A stretch of 62,773 nt of DNA from Octopus bimaculoides (GCF_001194135.2 NC_068995.1:40697387-40760159), one strand, 5' to 3'; numbered from the stretch's first letter, positions 39,101 through 52,790 are shown. Translations and numbers: made by a program. Notes: generated by a model not told the origin, from the sequence alone.

Positions 39101-40689
39101 TTGTGTGTGCGTGTTTGTTTGTGTATGAGTGCATGTGTGTGTGTAAGTGTATGTATGTGTGTGTATGAGTGCATATATCATGTGTGTGTGTGTGTGTGTG
39201 TGTATATTCATCTATGTACACGTTAATGCGGACATGCATAAGTATTTCAAATTTTACAATGTGGGGTAGATGAATGGGTAGGTGTGGTGTTCAGGAAAAT
39301 TGGGGCAGGTGGGTTGGTGAGCGGGTAGATGGGCATTGGGTGGGGGCAATGAGTGAGAGCATAGCATGAGTAGGAGTGGGGGTTAGATAGATTTGATTTA
39401 AATAATTAGATTTCAAGTTAGTTTCTTATGTAAGTTTGTAATGGCAGTGGTTGGTAGTGGTGTAGTGGGGTGCAGAGGCAGGGACATCTATGACCTGGAT
39501 TTTGTGTTGGTAAGGGACTCAGTTAAGAGGCTCCAAGAAAGAAAAGGTGTAAGGGGAGGTTTTGAGTTTTTTTTTAATTAAAAGAGTTAATTATGTTAAA
39601 GTTCTGCTTCCTCGACCCTATCTTCTCTCACCTTATCTGTGTAATTAATTAATTAGCATTTTTAATTTAAGAAAAAGTGGTAATTGATAGATTTTACTCT
39701 TTAAAAAAATTAAATGCATTTTTTTAAATTACAAAAGTAAAATACATTTGTGTGTGTGTGTGTGTGTGTATGTTATTTTGTATACGCATGTGTGTTTGTT
39801 GTTTAACCCAAGGTCAACCTGAATTAAGTAGAAATATGATGGAAGACAATCCAACCATGACCATTTTGACGTTTCCTGCTGAGCAGAGAACAATGATCTA
39901 CATTATTCAATGTGGGTTTGTTTTTTTAAGAAGAGCTGATGTGACTTGAGGGGGATTGGGTTGCTATGTTTATCAGGTGAAGCCACTACAAAGGAAAGTA
40001 ATCTGGTTTTTTCAGTGGATGTGTATTTCATTACCCATAANNNNNNNNNNNNNNNNNNNNNNNNNNNNNNNNNNNNNNNNNNNNNNNNNNNNNNNNNNNN
40101 NNNNNNNNNNNNNNNNNNNNNNCACCACAACCACCACCACCACCACCCACCTTCATCGACTCAATGCACTAAACTTTCTGGATCACTGGCTTCAAAGAGA
40201 AAAAGCAGATAAAAAAAAAAATTGAAAAGAAAAAAGGACAAAATAATAATATAAAAAAAAACGCTCACACACTCAAACAAACATCACACACACACACACA
40301 CAAACATGCATACTCTTACATATAAAAAACCAACTTACCATCAAAAGCCAACTCTACAAACAAAATACACACACACATCATGCATGCATGCATGCACACA
40401 CACACACACACACACCTTGTGGTATTTGTTCCAGTTCTTTGTGCACTGATTTGAAATCTTGCTGATGTCATTATTACTTTTCACCCTTCTAACTTTGGTA
40501 CCAGTCACACGCTAGGGTAGATTTTTTCTCTTTTGTTTTCAGAATCTGCCACATTATAACCATGAGTAGAATCATATCAGATGAGACAATTTACCAAGTT
40601 CTATTCTTCAGAAACGAAGAAAAGTTGAACAAAGAGCTGGTAACCTGCTTCTTTTGGCAAAACTAATATTCTACTGGAATGGTCAAAGG

Positions 40690-40985
40690 CCAGGTAAGGG
40701 AGCATGCACTGTTGCAGCACATTGCTGCCTTCACCATTTTTTGTTATCTGCTTGGGTTATCCCAGGCAACCCCTCTTAACAGTATCCAAATCAGTTCTCT
40801 GCTGTGACCACGAGGCAATGTGACCAACCAACCTGAGCAGTCACTCCAGCTGGATCCTGAGAGAAGAGATCACAGTATGCATGATCTAACTCAGAAAATC
40901 AAGCAACATGGCCAAACAGTCTAAGCTGACACTCCCAAATCATGCAAATCACAGGACCTTGTATATAAGAACAGTGAGCACAGTT
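40690..40985 (-). pseudogene. RTE-clade (Rex3/Expander-like) LINE 3' end
   Basis: Minus-strand IWECQLRLFGHVA*FSELDHAY...QDPAG and *QKMVKAAMCCNSACS resemble RQLRxxGHVARFPExDPA...P.G and RKVDAATRCSGVC; ends in a TTACCTGGCC-type tail. Confidence 0.75.
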
Positions 40986-41019
40986 TGATTTGCAGGCTCA
41001 ACATCTGACCTTTTCCTAG

Positions 41020-41245
41020 TTAGGGGGATGTAAACACACCAACATCAGTTGTCAAGCAATGGTGGTGGGGACAAACACAGACACAAAAATACACACACAT
41101 ATATATTTTTATGATGGGCTTCTTTTCAGTTTCTGTCAACGAAATTCACTTACAAGGCTTTAGCTAGCCCAAGGCTATAGTAGAAGACACTTGCAACTAT
41201 GTGGCTTGGAAGCAAGCTTCTTACCACACAGCCACGCCTGTGCCT
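41020..41245 (-). mobile_element. SINE family A, partly deleted
   Basis: Consensus segments. Confidence 0.8.
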
Positions 41246-41268
41246 GTTTTTATGTGTATATATATGTG

Positions 41269-41317
<49 letters not shown>

Positions 41318-41319
<2 letters not shown>

Positions 41320-41405
41320 AGGTGCAATGGCCTAGTGGTTAGGGCAGCAGACTCACAGTCGTAGGATCACGGTTTCCATTCCCAGACTGGGCGTTGCGAG
41401 TGATT
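41318..41405 (+). mobile_element. SINE family B head (remainder in gap)
   Basis: GGAGGTGCAATGGCCTAGTGGTTAGGGCAGC... Confidence 0.85.
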
Positions 41406-41765
41406 NNNNNNNNNNNNNNNNNNNNNNNNNNNNNNNNNNNNNNNNNNNNNNNNNNNNNNNNNNNNNNNNNNNNNNNNNNNNNNNNNNNNNNNNNNNNNNN
41501 NNNNNNNNNNNNNNNNNNNNNNNNNNNNNNNNNNNNNNNNNNNNNNNNNNNNNNNNNNNNNNNNNNNNNNNNNNNNNNNNNNNNNNNNNNNNNNNNNNNN
41601 NNNNNNNNNNNNNNNNNNNNNNNNNNNNNNNNNNNNNNNNNNNNNNNNNNNNNNNNNNNNNNNNNNNNNNNNNNNNNNNNNNNNNNNNNNNNNNNNNNNN
41701 NNNNNNNNNNNNNNNNNNNNNNNNNNNNNNNNNNNNNNNNNNNNNNNNNNATATATATATATATA

Positions 41766-42000
41766 CAGGGTTGGCCAAAAGTCACCCAACAGTAAATCAA
41801 AATTCTATAAATATTATCTGTAATTCTGTATTGACTCGAATGGAAAAATCTGTTATTCAAGAAGGACTTCAGTTTGAACAATTTTCATGACGTTTCATAT
41901 TTAGATGCTTTTATTAAATTCATTCAGGATTTAAACATAAATAAATCTTGGAATTAAATGGTTTACTGGTTTACTGTCTGGTGACTTTTGGCCAACCCTG
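41766..42000. mobile_element. Tc1/mariner-type MITE, 235 bp
   Basis: Perfect 21-bp TIRs CAGGGTTGGCCAAAAGTCACC (extending imperfectly to ~31 bp), flanked by TA on both sides, in a (TA)n tract. Confidence 0.92.
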
Positions 42001-42203
42001 TATATATACTCAAGGTTCATTATTTAACTCCTTTACTGCTCTGAGTGGTCTTTCTGAAACCAGATGGGTCACAAGTAGCAATAAACTCTGAGTAGAGATG
42101 GAATGAGTTATCAACATGACCCATATAAACAAGTTTGACTTTATATTGTCAATACTCGTTTTGCATATAGGTTGAAACACACACATATCAGGAATGAGAA
42201 TGA

Positions 42204-42258
<55 letters not shown>

Positions 42259-43086
42259 CATACACACCAACACGCACATGCACACACACCAACAAACACA
42301 CACACACACACATACAACATAGAAATAAACGGCCAGAATACTAGAACAGGAACTCTATAATAGAAATGTTTTCAAGAATCTGATAAGATAAATTCTATGA
42401 AATAATTAAATATATTTGGTAAGTCATGTATTGATTATAAAACAGGGCTGGCAGGTGGATGGGTAGGAGGTGTTTCATATTTGTTGTCTTTCATTGATTT
42501 TTATATCTTTATTTGTTGTTGTTGCTATTGTTGTTTAACACTGACAGGGTTGATCAATGATCTCAAGTGTTGTTTCTGCTATATTTTGCAATGAATACAC
42601 CAGATTTCTTTATATAATGGAACCTTTTTTTGTAAAGATGTTTGGGTGTAATTCTAGGTATATTTTGACTGCTATTTCTATGAGGTTATGTAACCACATC
42701 AGAGTACCTTAAATAGAATATCAGATGAAAGACATAACACATTCACCCCCAATTCCTGTACCCTTCTCCACCTCAAATAACCTCAGTTTCTGTCCAGCAG
42801 TGGAGTAAATTCTATAGAATATGATGCAATAGAGGGAGATAAACTTGGCTGAATGGTTAAGAAGCTTGCATAGCAATCAAGAGATTTCGAGTTCAATCCC
42901 CCTGCAAGACATTTTCAGTGTCTTTTACCATAACCTCCTATCAAATCATGCTTAATGACTAAATATGGATCGAAAGAAAACTGTATGGAAGCCTCCTTCA
43001 GATGGACAATTCCTATAAGTCAATGGTCCAGTTTTATCCCTCACAGCTCTCAAAAGGAATTACCTTAAAGCTATACATGTATATGG

Positions 43087-43354
43087 TAGGGCTGCACTAG
43101 GAAGTGCAGGACCCAATTAGAGAATTGTCAGTAGGGCCCTCTACTCTATAAAGGCTGAAAATTAATGATTTATACTTTGTGTAGTATGCCAGTCCCAGCC
43201 AAAAAGTGTTGAGGACTTGAGGCTCCACCATTATGCACAATGATATATTAAAAATTCCTCACAGTATCCTCTGCTCGAGCATGTATGCAGGACTCTCTCT
43301 TGGAGCAGGGCCCAATTTGAAGAAATCTGTCAAACTGACGTAAAACCAGCCCTG
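43087..43354. mobile_element. Possible decayed hAT (Tip100-like) MITE
   Basis: Short TIR-like ends AGGGCTG/CAGCCCT and subterminal GGGCCC motifs; no TSD seen. Confidence 0.3.
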
Positions 43355-43559
43355 ATCTCAGGAACGCTCAGTTACTTAAGTGTCAATTCAATGAGAAAGC
43401 CATTCCAAAGAACATTGCCAAAATTAACAGAGTTTCATTTCCAATACAAATCTGATTCCATTCGTTACTGATATTCAACTGAAAATTTGTTGCGAGCAAA
43501 GTCAGTAAAATGGTAGACAGAGAGCCTTGTGGTTAATACTTCCACTTTGGTCCATTCCA

Positions 43560-44156
43560 TGCAATCACTTATCTCCTTCTACTTCCCACCAACATTAAAC
43601 CGAGAGAAAACAACTCGAGATATTTATTCCAACTCTTTAGAAATTGAGTTCAAATCCTTCAGGGAGTAACTTTGCTTTTCATTCCTCCGGGGATAATAAA
43701 ATAAAGCACCAGTCAAGTATTGCAATTGACAATTTGAAATAAGCCTCTCTCCTCAAATTACAGGCTTTCTGCCTAAATTAGAAACAATTATTAATATTAT
43801 TGGTGGTGACTCCCACCGAGGTCAACTGTCCCTTTCACCCTTTCAGGGTCAATAAAATAACTACTGGGGCTGATGCAATTTTCCCCTCCACTCAAAATCA
43901 TTGGCAGAATCGTCATTATTATTATTATTATTATTAAGGTGGCAAGGAGGCAGGATAGTTAGCACGTTGGGAAAAAAGCTGAGTGGTATTTCATCTGTCT
44001 TTACATTCTGAGTTCAAATTCCGCTGAGGTCAACTTTGCCTTTCATCCTTTTGGGGTCAATGAATTCAGTACCAGTGGAACAGTGGAACTGATGTAAACG
44101 ACTAGGCCCCACCCACCAAATTTCAGGTCTTGTGCCTTTAGTAGACAGGATTATCA

Positions 44157-44204
<48 letters not shown>

Positions 44205-45079
44205 AGGCAGTGAGTTGGTAGAATCATTAACACGCCAAGCAAAATGCTTAGTGGTGTTTCGTCCATCTTTCTCTGAGTTCAAACTCCACCGAGGTTGACA
44301 TAGCCTTTTATCATTTTGGGTTTGATAAAATGAGTACCAGTTGATCACTGGGGATTGATGCAATCGACTTCCCCCTCCTCCCAAATTGCTGGCCTTGTGC
44401 CAAAATTTGAAGCCATTATCATTATTAACATTATTATTATTATTATCTTCATTATTTAGAAAGACTGTGCCACACATATAAATGTAAATACTAAATGTGT
44501 TTTCACAGACACCACATTACAAGCACGCGCGCGCACGCACGCACACACGCACACACGCACACACGCACACACACACACACACACACACACGCACGCACGC
44601 ACGCACACACGCACACACACACACACTCTCACTCACTGCAATTTCCAATGACAACATAAATTTCAGAAGTGAAATCTGTTAGCATAGAAAATTATTGTCA
44701 GCTTACGAAAATCAAATAAGTGAAAACACAGACACCTTTAAAATTATTTCCTCCTCCAACTTTAATGCTAATAATATATATATTCATATATACATAAATA
44801 TATATATATATGTATGTATGTATGTATACACACACACATTTATATGCCTGTATGTATGCATTATGTGCCCGCTTTAATAAAGAATATACAGAGCATATTT
44901 TTGATACTAAAAGTGGAGGCTTTTCCTCTTCAATAATTAATTACTCATTTGTTAACACCTAAAAGCTTTTCGTATTTATTTAATGCAAATTAAGTTATAT
45001 TTATATGAAAACTAGGACATACTTATCTGAAAACTAAGTCATACAAAAACCAACATTTAAAGGAAATGTAAACAAACCA

Positions 45080-45122
<43 letters not shown>

Positions 45123-45607
45123 GTGTTCATGTGTGTATGTGGTTGTGTGTGTGTGTCTGTGTGTGTGTGTGTGTAATAATTCTTCAAGCGGTTCTTTGTG
45201 TACAACAAATATTAACTCACCGTGATACAATATATGTAATTCTTCATTCTCAACTCTAGAAATGTCTTTGAAATATTCATTAGAAGAACATTCTCATGCA
45301 ATATTGAATTTGTTAAACGCTTACCTAAAGACACACACACACACACACCACCACAATCATCATCATCATCACCATTATTGTAATATAAGGCAATGATTCG
45401 AAGGAATCATTAGCATGCTGGGAAAAATGCTAAACAGCATTTTGTTCATCTCTATGTTTTGGGTTCAAATTCTGCTGAGGTCGACTTTGCCTTTCAGGGT
45501 TGATAAATTCAGTACCAGTAAAACACTGAGGTCAATGTAATTGACTGGTCTCCTCCTCCAAAAATTTCTGGCCTTGTGCCTTTAGTAGAAAGGATTATTA
45601 TTATTAA

Positions 45608-45638
<31 letters not shown>

Positions 45639-46790
45639 TCAAATTTTTGCCACAAGGGCAGCTTGGGGGATGTGGGGATGAGTCGATTACATTGACGCAA
45701 GTGCTCAACTGGTACTTATTTTATAGACCCCGAAAGGATGAAAGGCAAAGTCAACTATGGTGTAATTTGAACTCAGAACGCAAGGATGGACAAAATGCCA
45801 ATTAAGTATCTTGCCACTCTAATAATTAATAATGGTTTCAAATCTTGGCAAAAGGCCAGTAATTTTGGAATAGGGGGCAAGTCATTTACATCAACCCCAG
45901 TGTCTAATTGGTACTTTATTTTATTGACCTCAAAAGAATGAAAGACAAAGTAAACCCCAGTTGTATTTGAACTCAGAATGTAAAGTCAGGAAAACTGCCG
46001 CTAAACATTTTGTCCAGCATACTGACAATTCCACCTGTTCACTACATTAATAATAATAATAATAACAACAACAATAATAATAGTAATGATAATCCTTTCT
46101 ACTAAAGGTACAAGACCTGCAATTTTTGGGAAAGGGGAATAGTCAATTACACTGACCCCAGTGTATCACTGGTACTTAATTTATTGACCTAGAAAGGATG
46201 GAAGGCAAAGTTGACCCCGGCAGAATTTGAACTCAGAACGTAAAGATGCTAAGCATTTTGTCCAGCATGCTAATGATTCTGCCAGCTAACTTAATGATGA
46301 TAATAATAATGATTTCTGATTTAGGCAAAAAAAAGGGGCATCAGTTTTGAAAAAATACTTAATTGATGCTATCAATCCCGGTAATAAACTGGTCCATTAT
46401 TTTATAGAAGGATGAAAGGTAACATTGAACTCAGCAAGATTTGGATTGATGGTGTAATCAACCAGAAGAAATACTACAAGGTACTTTGTTTAATGCTTCA
46501 ACAATTCTACCAATTGACCAATTGTAGATTTCTCACCTAAAAACAAGGTTTCAAATTTCATATTTCTTTACTGCCCACAAGGGGCTATGCACAGAGGGGA
46601 CAAACAAGGACAGGCAAACAGATTAAGTCGATTATATCGACCCCAGTGCGTAACTGGTACTTAATTTATCGACCCCGAAAGGATGAAAGGCAAAGTCTAC
46701 CTCAGCAGAATTTGAACTTAGAACGTAGCGGCAGACAAAATACCGCTATGCATATCACCAGGTGTACTAACGTTTCTGCCAGTTCGCCGC
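43560..46790. mobile_element. Dense cluster of about 10 SINE family C copies (+ block to ~45600, - block ~45640-46790)
   Basis: Recurrent GAGTTCAAATTC / GGTCGACTTTGCCTTTCATCC / GTACCAG cores separated by (TTA)n or (AAT)n. Confidence 0.85.
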
Positions 46791-47701
46791 CTTTCAAATT
46801 TCAGGAAAGTATAGTCATATCAAGCCTAGTATTTCATTGGTACTATACATTTTGTCCCTCTAGGCACAAAAAGTTGATCCTGACAGGATGTTTTAAGGAT
46901 TCCAANNNNNNNNNNNNNNNNNNNNNNNNNNNNNNNNNNNNNNNNNNNNNNNNNNNNNNNNNNNNNNNNNNNNNNNNNNNNNNNNNNNNNNNNNNNNNNN
47001 NNNNNNNNNNNNNNNNNNNNNNNNNNNNNNNNNNNNNNNNNNNNNNNNNNNNNNNNNNNNNNNNNNNNNNNNNNNNNNNNNNNNNNNNNNNNNNNNNNNN
47101 NNNNNNNNNNNNNNNNNNNNNNNNNNNNNNNNNNNNNNNNNNNNNNNNNNNNNNNNNNNNNNNNNNNNNNNNNNNNNNNNNNNNNNNNNNNNNNNNNNNN
47201 NNNNNNNNNNNNNNNNNNNNNNNNNNNNNNNNNNNNNNNNNNNNNNNNNNNNNNNNNNNNNNNNNNNNNNNNNNNNNNNNNNNNNNNNNNNNNNNNNNNN
47301 NNNNNNNNNNNNNNNNNNNNNNNNNNNNNNNNNNNNNNNNNNNNNNNNNNNNNNNNNNNNNNNNNNNNNNNNNNNNNNNNNNNNNNNNNNNNNNNNNNNN
47401 NNNNNNNNNNNNNNNNNNNNNNNNNNNNNNNNNNNNNNNNNNNNNNNNNNNNNNNNNNNNNNNNNNNNNNNNNNNNNNNNNNNNNNNNNNNNNNNNNNNN
47501 NNNNNNNNNNNNNNNNNNNNNNNNNNNNNNNNNNNNNNNNNNNNNNNNNNNNNNNNNNNNNNNNNNNNNNNNNNNNNNNNNNNNNNNNNNNNNNNNNNNN
47601 NNNNNNNNNNNNNNNNNNNNNNNNNNNNNNNNNNNNNNNNNNNNNNNNNNNNNNNNNNNNNNNNNNNNNNNNNNNNNNNNNNNNNNNNNNNNNNNNNNNN
47701 N

Positions 47702-47836
47702 ATATATATTAAGACATGTCTTAATATATATTAAGACATGTCTTAATATATATTAAGACATGTCTTAATATATATTAAGACATGTCTTAATATATATTAA
47801 GACATGTCTTAATATATATTAAGACATGTCTTAATA
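47702..47836. repeat. 22-bp tandem array (TTAAGACATGTCTTAATATATA) x6, open to the gap on its left
   Basis: AAGACATGTC at 47711, 47733, 47755, 47777, 47799 and 47821; units are identical. Confidence 0.97.
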
Positions 47837-47849
47837 TTTGTGGCTATTA

Positions 47850-48285
47850 TGGTGGCAAGCTGGCAGAACCTAGCAGCATTTTATCTGTCTTTATGTTCTG
47901 AGTTCAAATTCCACTGAGGTCGACTCTGCCTGTCATCTTTTCAGTGTTAATAGAAGGAGTACCATTTGTGCATTGGAGTCGAAGTAATCGACTTGCCCCC
48001 CCCACTCCCCTGAAATTTCTGGTCTCATGTCAAAATTTGAATCCAATATTTATGGTTACTAAGGTGGAAAGCTAGTAGAATCATTACTGCTCTGGAAAAA
48101 TTGCTCAGTGGCATTTCTTCCAACTTTACAGTCTGAGTTCAAATGTCGCCCAGGTCGACTTTGCCTTTTATCCTTTTGAGGTCAATAAAATAAGTACCAG
48201 TTGAGTATTGAGGGTCAATGTAATTGACTTGCACTCCCATCCAAAATTGCTGGCCTTGTACCAAAATTTGAAGTCAATATTTATG
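47850..48285 (+). mobile_element. Two tandem SINE family C copies
   Basis: 47850-48040 and 48060-48285. Confidence 0.85.
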
Positions 48286-48379
48286 GCTGTTGTACTGGAG
48301 ACATGCTAACTACAGATATTCATTTCATTTACCTGAGTAAATATCTCTCCAGCACCATGTAGTTTATATAGTGGCCATT

Positions 48380-48900
48380 CATCATCATCATCATCAGCGT
48401 TTAACGTCCGCTTTCCATGCTAGCATGGGTTGGATGATTTGACTGAGGACTGGCGAACCGGATGGCTGCACCAGGCTCCAATCTGATCTGGCAGAGTTTC
48501 TACAGCCGGTTGCCCTTCCTAACGCCAACCACTCCGAGAGTAGTGGGTGCTTTTACATGCCACCGGCACGTGGGCCAGTCTGGCAGTACTGTTAACGGCC
48601 ACACTCAAATGGTGTTTTTATGTGCCACCTGCACAGGAGTCAGTCCAGCGGCACTGGCAATGACCTCAATCGAATGTTTTGTTCACATGCCACCGGCATA
48701 AGTGCCAGTAAGGTCACGCTGGTAACAATCATGCTCGAATGGTGCTTTTTACGTGCCACCGGCATGGAAGCCAGGCAGCTGCTCTGGCAGTGATCCCGCT
48801 TGGATGGTGCTGTTAGCGCTCCACTGGCACGGGTGCCAGTCATTGAATTTGGTTCAATTTCGATTTCATTTGCTCCAACAGGTCTTCACAAGCAGAGTTT
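48380..48900 (-). mobile_element. Family D, long copy with internal repeats
   Basis: (CAT)n tail, consensus, several TTTTACGTGCCACC units. Confidence 0.9.
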
Positions 48901-49319
48901 TAGTGGCCATTGTCTATAAGAATATACCCTTGCCATGTTAGTCTGCAAGGGGCGAGGGCACTTTTTAGACATCAAAGCAGAACTTGACTCAGAAAACAGG
49001 AATAAATATCAGAAGGTATCCATTCCAATATTCTTTCAGTTTTTCAAATCCATCAAAGTGGGTTGGTACTTCTTCATTGACCCTAAAAGAATGAAAGGCA
49101 AACTTGACTGCCATGGGATTTGATCTCAGAGCACAGAGGATTGGAACAAATACCACACAGCATTCAATCCAATATTTTAATGATGCTTTTAGTTTATGAG
49201 TACTTAGGTCACAAATCTGCTAGAAATAGCAGCTAATTTTATCTTGTTTCACACTTAACCATCTTAAAGAACTACTGGATGATATTGTGTTAAACAGCAC
49301 TTTGTCAGCTACGACAATA

Positions 49320-49600
49320 AGGATCTAATCAATGGAGCAGCCTGCTGGTGAAATTAATATGCAAGTAGCTGAGTATTCCACAGACGCATGTACCCTTAAT
49401 GTAGTTCTCAGGGAGATTCAGCATGACACTGAGTGTGACAAGACTGGCCTTTTGAAATACAGCTACAACTCATTTTCGCCAGGTGAGTGGACTGGAGCAA
49501 TGTGAAATAAAGTGTCTTGCTCAAGGAGACAATGTATCACTGAGAATTGAACTAAAAAACCTTACGACCGTGGTCTGAATACCGTCAACACTAAGCCACG
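49320..49600 (-). mobile_element. SINE family B2, diverged
   Basis: CAGCCTGCT.GTGAAATTAA...AAAGTGTCTTGCTCAAGG. Confidence 0.75.
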
Positions 49601-51049
49601 TACCTTCACTATTGTCTTGAATATATAAGGTTGGATGGCCATAATTGGAACGTCTGATCATTAATTTACTTGTTGAAGACTGACATGGAGGTAAATAATA
49701 GTAATAACAAATTCAGGATTACAAACTAAGTGAAATGACCCTCCACACAGATCATTTGGCATGCTAGAAATAGATAGCAAATCTTTCTCAAATCATATAT
49801 CTTAATGGATCTTAAAGCACATTAGACACATTACATAATGTGAAGCTGAAAGGTCATGGCTGGAACGTCTTCGTTCTGTTCAACCAAGGTTGACCTAGGG
49901 CTAAACAGCAACAAATGATTAGAAAACAAAGAGAAAGTTTAATTATAAGAACAACCAATAATTTGAAGAGAATCTTAAGTAACGAAATTAAATTTGACAA
50001 TCAAATCTTTTAGGAATTACAAAGTCTTCTCTTTTATCTGGAAATTCCAAATATTACTTATGTAAATCATTTCATGTTGTTGTTGTTGTTGATGATGTTT
50101 AACCCTAGGCTGGTTGTGACTGGATAGAGACCAGACAAAAGTCACATGTTGAGTCTTTCAGTTGTAATGATTGCTGTAGGTACAAAGACGAGCCCTAGGA
50201 GGCTGTAGTTTAGACTCAGACCAGCTCTGATCAAACAAACTTATGATGATCAATGGAGTTCTGGCCATGACCATTCCATCTATTCGTATATGAAAGATTA
50301 TATTGTCTGATGTTTCCTGTCTTTTTTAAATTGTTTAGGGTATGGTTTCAGGGTGGTTTGACTCCTTTCTTTTAGCAGTGGTCATGGGTGGAGTGCATGG
50401 GTAATGAGTCTTCAGGTTTCTGTGACAAGAAGGAAGGGATGGATGAAGAATTTGGATGAGAGATGATGAGGCTGTGTTGTCATGGTTCCCAACTTTGAGT
50501 TGAGGATACCAGAAACCACTTTTTTATTGGCCAAAATACCTTGACCTTCATTATTAATACTGTTACTTCCTTCATCAAGGCAATAAGATATGCCAGGAGA
50601 GGTAGGGAGATAGATTTAGCTGCTATTTCCAGGAGTTTGAACGACCACGTAATGCCTCCTTCACTGACTTATTCTTCTTATTACATATCAGGTTTCCGTG
50701 ATATGTACTGAAAGGAAAATTATTTTAACAAGCCATATATACTGTTCATCATCATCATCATCATCATTTAACTGATACATTTACAAATATCAACATTGTA
50801 GTTTGCTTGAAGCGGTGTAGCACAGAAGTAGAAAAAGAAACAGAAAATAAAGAAAGCTTCAAACAATGGTGAAAGTTTTACAAAATACAAAGATCTTTGT
50901 AAAACTTTCCTCCTTGTTAGAAGCTTTCTTTAGTTTACTTTCCTTTTTAAAAAAAATACTATGTGTTTCTGTCATTAATCACACCAAGCTCCAATTTGAA
51001 CTTCTGGTCCTTATCTTCACTCAATTAACACAGTTCACTGAACTGCATC

Positions 51050-51810
51050 ATCATCATCATCATCATCATCATCCTTTTAACGTTTGTTTTCCATGCTGGC
51101 ATGGGTTAGACAGTTGGGCAGAACTGGCAAACTGCATCAGGTTCCAGTCTGAATTTGGTTTGGTTTCTATGGCTGGATGCCCTTCTTAATGCCAACCACT
51201 TTTTTTACAGTGTGTGCAAGGTGCTTTTAACATAGTGCTGTATGAAAGCTTTTACATGGCTCTGGTACACAACTCTTGCAGACCAATCTTCCTCACTAAC
51301 GAGAGCAGCTTTAACACTTCTGCAATAAACAAATATTTACTGATAACCATGATAATGTTTTGTTAGTTTGCAGTGGCTCAGATCAAATCTCTCATGAACA
51401 GAGTTGTCTTACCAGTATAACAGGCCACCAAGAAAAGGAATGCACAGGGATCCTTACATGCACACCCTATATGTATGTTGTCTCATGTATAAATTAACAC
51501 TGAGCCCCTAAATTCTTGAAGCCTCTGGGAACCTTCACAGCGAGACATTACCTTTAGCAGGTGCTGTTCATGAAGGCATGGCAGATGCACCAAATGGAAG
51601 AAGACCAAATATTATAACCTTCATCATCACCATTTACCACATGTTTTCCATGCTGGTATTGGTCGGATGGTTTGACAGGAGCTGATTATGCCAGGGTCCT
51701 GTACCAAGTTCTACTATATACCCTGGCATGGTTTTTATGGCTGGATACCCTTAATAATGCCAACCATTCTACAGAGTGTACTGGGTGCTTTTCATATGGC
51801 ACCTCCACCA
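51050..51810 (-). mobile_element. Two diverged family D 3' fragments (51050-51260 and 51620-51810)
   Basis: GCTGGAT.CCCT...TGCCAACCA motifs after (CAT)n. Confidence 0.7.
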
Positions 51811-52669
51811 GCAAAGTCAACAACTAACTTGCAAGACAAGGACTCCTGACCAAATGGAAGAATAATATTGAAGGAGGTGGCTTTGAACCAAGTGATGAGA
51901 ACTTTCTGAATGGCACACCCAAATGAAAATTATCACGAAAAAATTTCAAGTCATGCAGGCTACCTGATGTTGAGCCAAGACTCATGTGGCCCACTTCTTG
52001 AAAAAAGTGACCCATGTCTAGGTTAAAAGGGAGAGAGACTATATTTCTGATGAAACACACTATCTTTGTGTTTCAGTTAATTTGAAAAAAAACAACCAAA
52101 AATTTAAAACTAAAGGATTGATAATAATTAAACTGATTAATTATCAAGTTGGTGCTTGGAACATAGCTTAGCAACAAAATAAAAATATTTAATATTAAAA
52201 TCAAAACATTTTAATTTAAATATGAATATTTTTAAATGGAGGAAGAGGAGTTATTTGCATATCATGGAACCTATGTTGGTCTCTAAGAGACTTGGAATCA
52301 AAAGGAACCATAACCTCTGATATTCTTTGAGCTTTCTAAATGAAAACAGATGAACATACAGACACACACACAGACAGATAGTTCTTTAATGTTAATCAAA
52401 CAAACCAGTTGTTTGCATAATATTATTTTCATTTAGAATATTATTATATAAATATAATACAATATTAGATACACACACACACACACACACACCTTTACTT
52501 ATAATACTGAAATGTATATAACGTCAAAGAGATTCTCCTGTAATAGCAGTAGACAACAGTGTAAATAAATACATTTAGAAACGTTTTGTATGATTACACA
52601 AGAGTCTTTACACATATTTAACACACAACATTCAGTACGCTTGATTAAAATAGGAATTAGTGTGTGTGA

Positions 52670-52674
<5 letters not shown>

Positions 52675-52767
<93 letters not shown>

Positions 52768-52790
52768 GTGTGTGTGTGTGTGTGTGTGTG
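52675..52790. repeat. (GA)n of about 43 units followed by (GT)n
   Basis: Direct reading. Confidence 0.97.
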
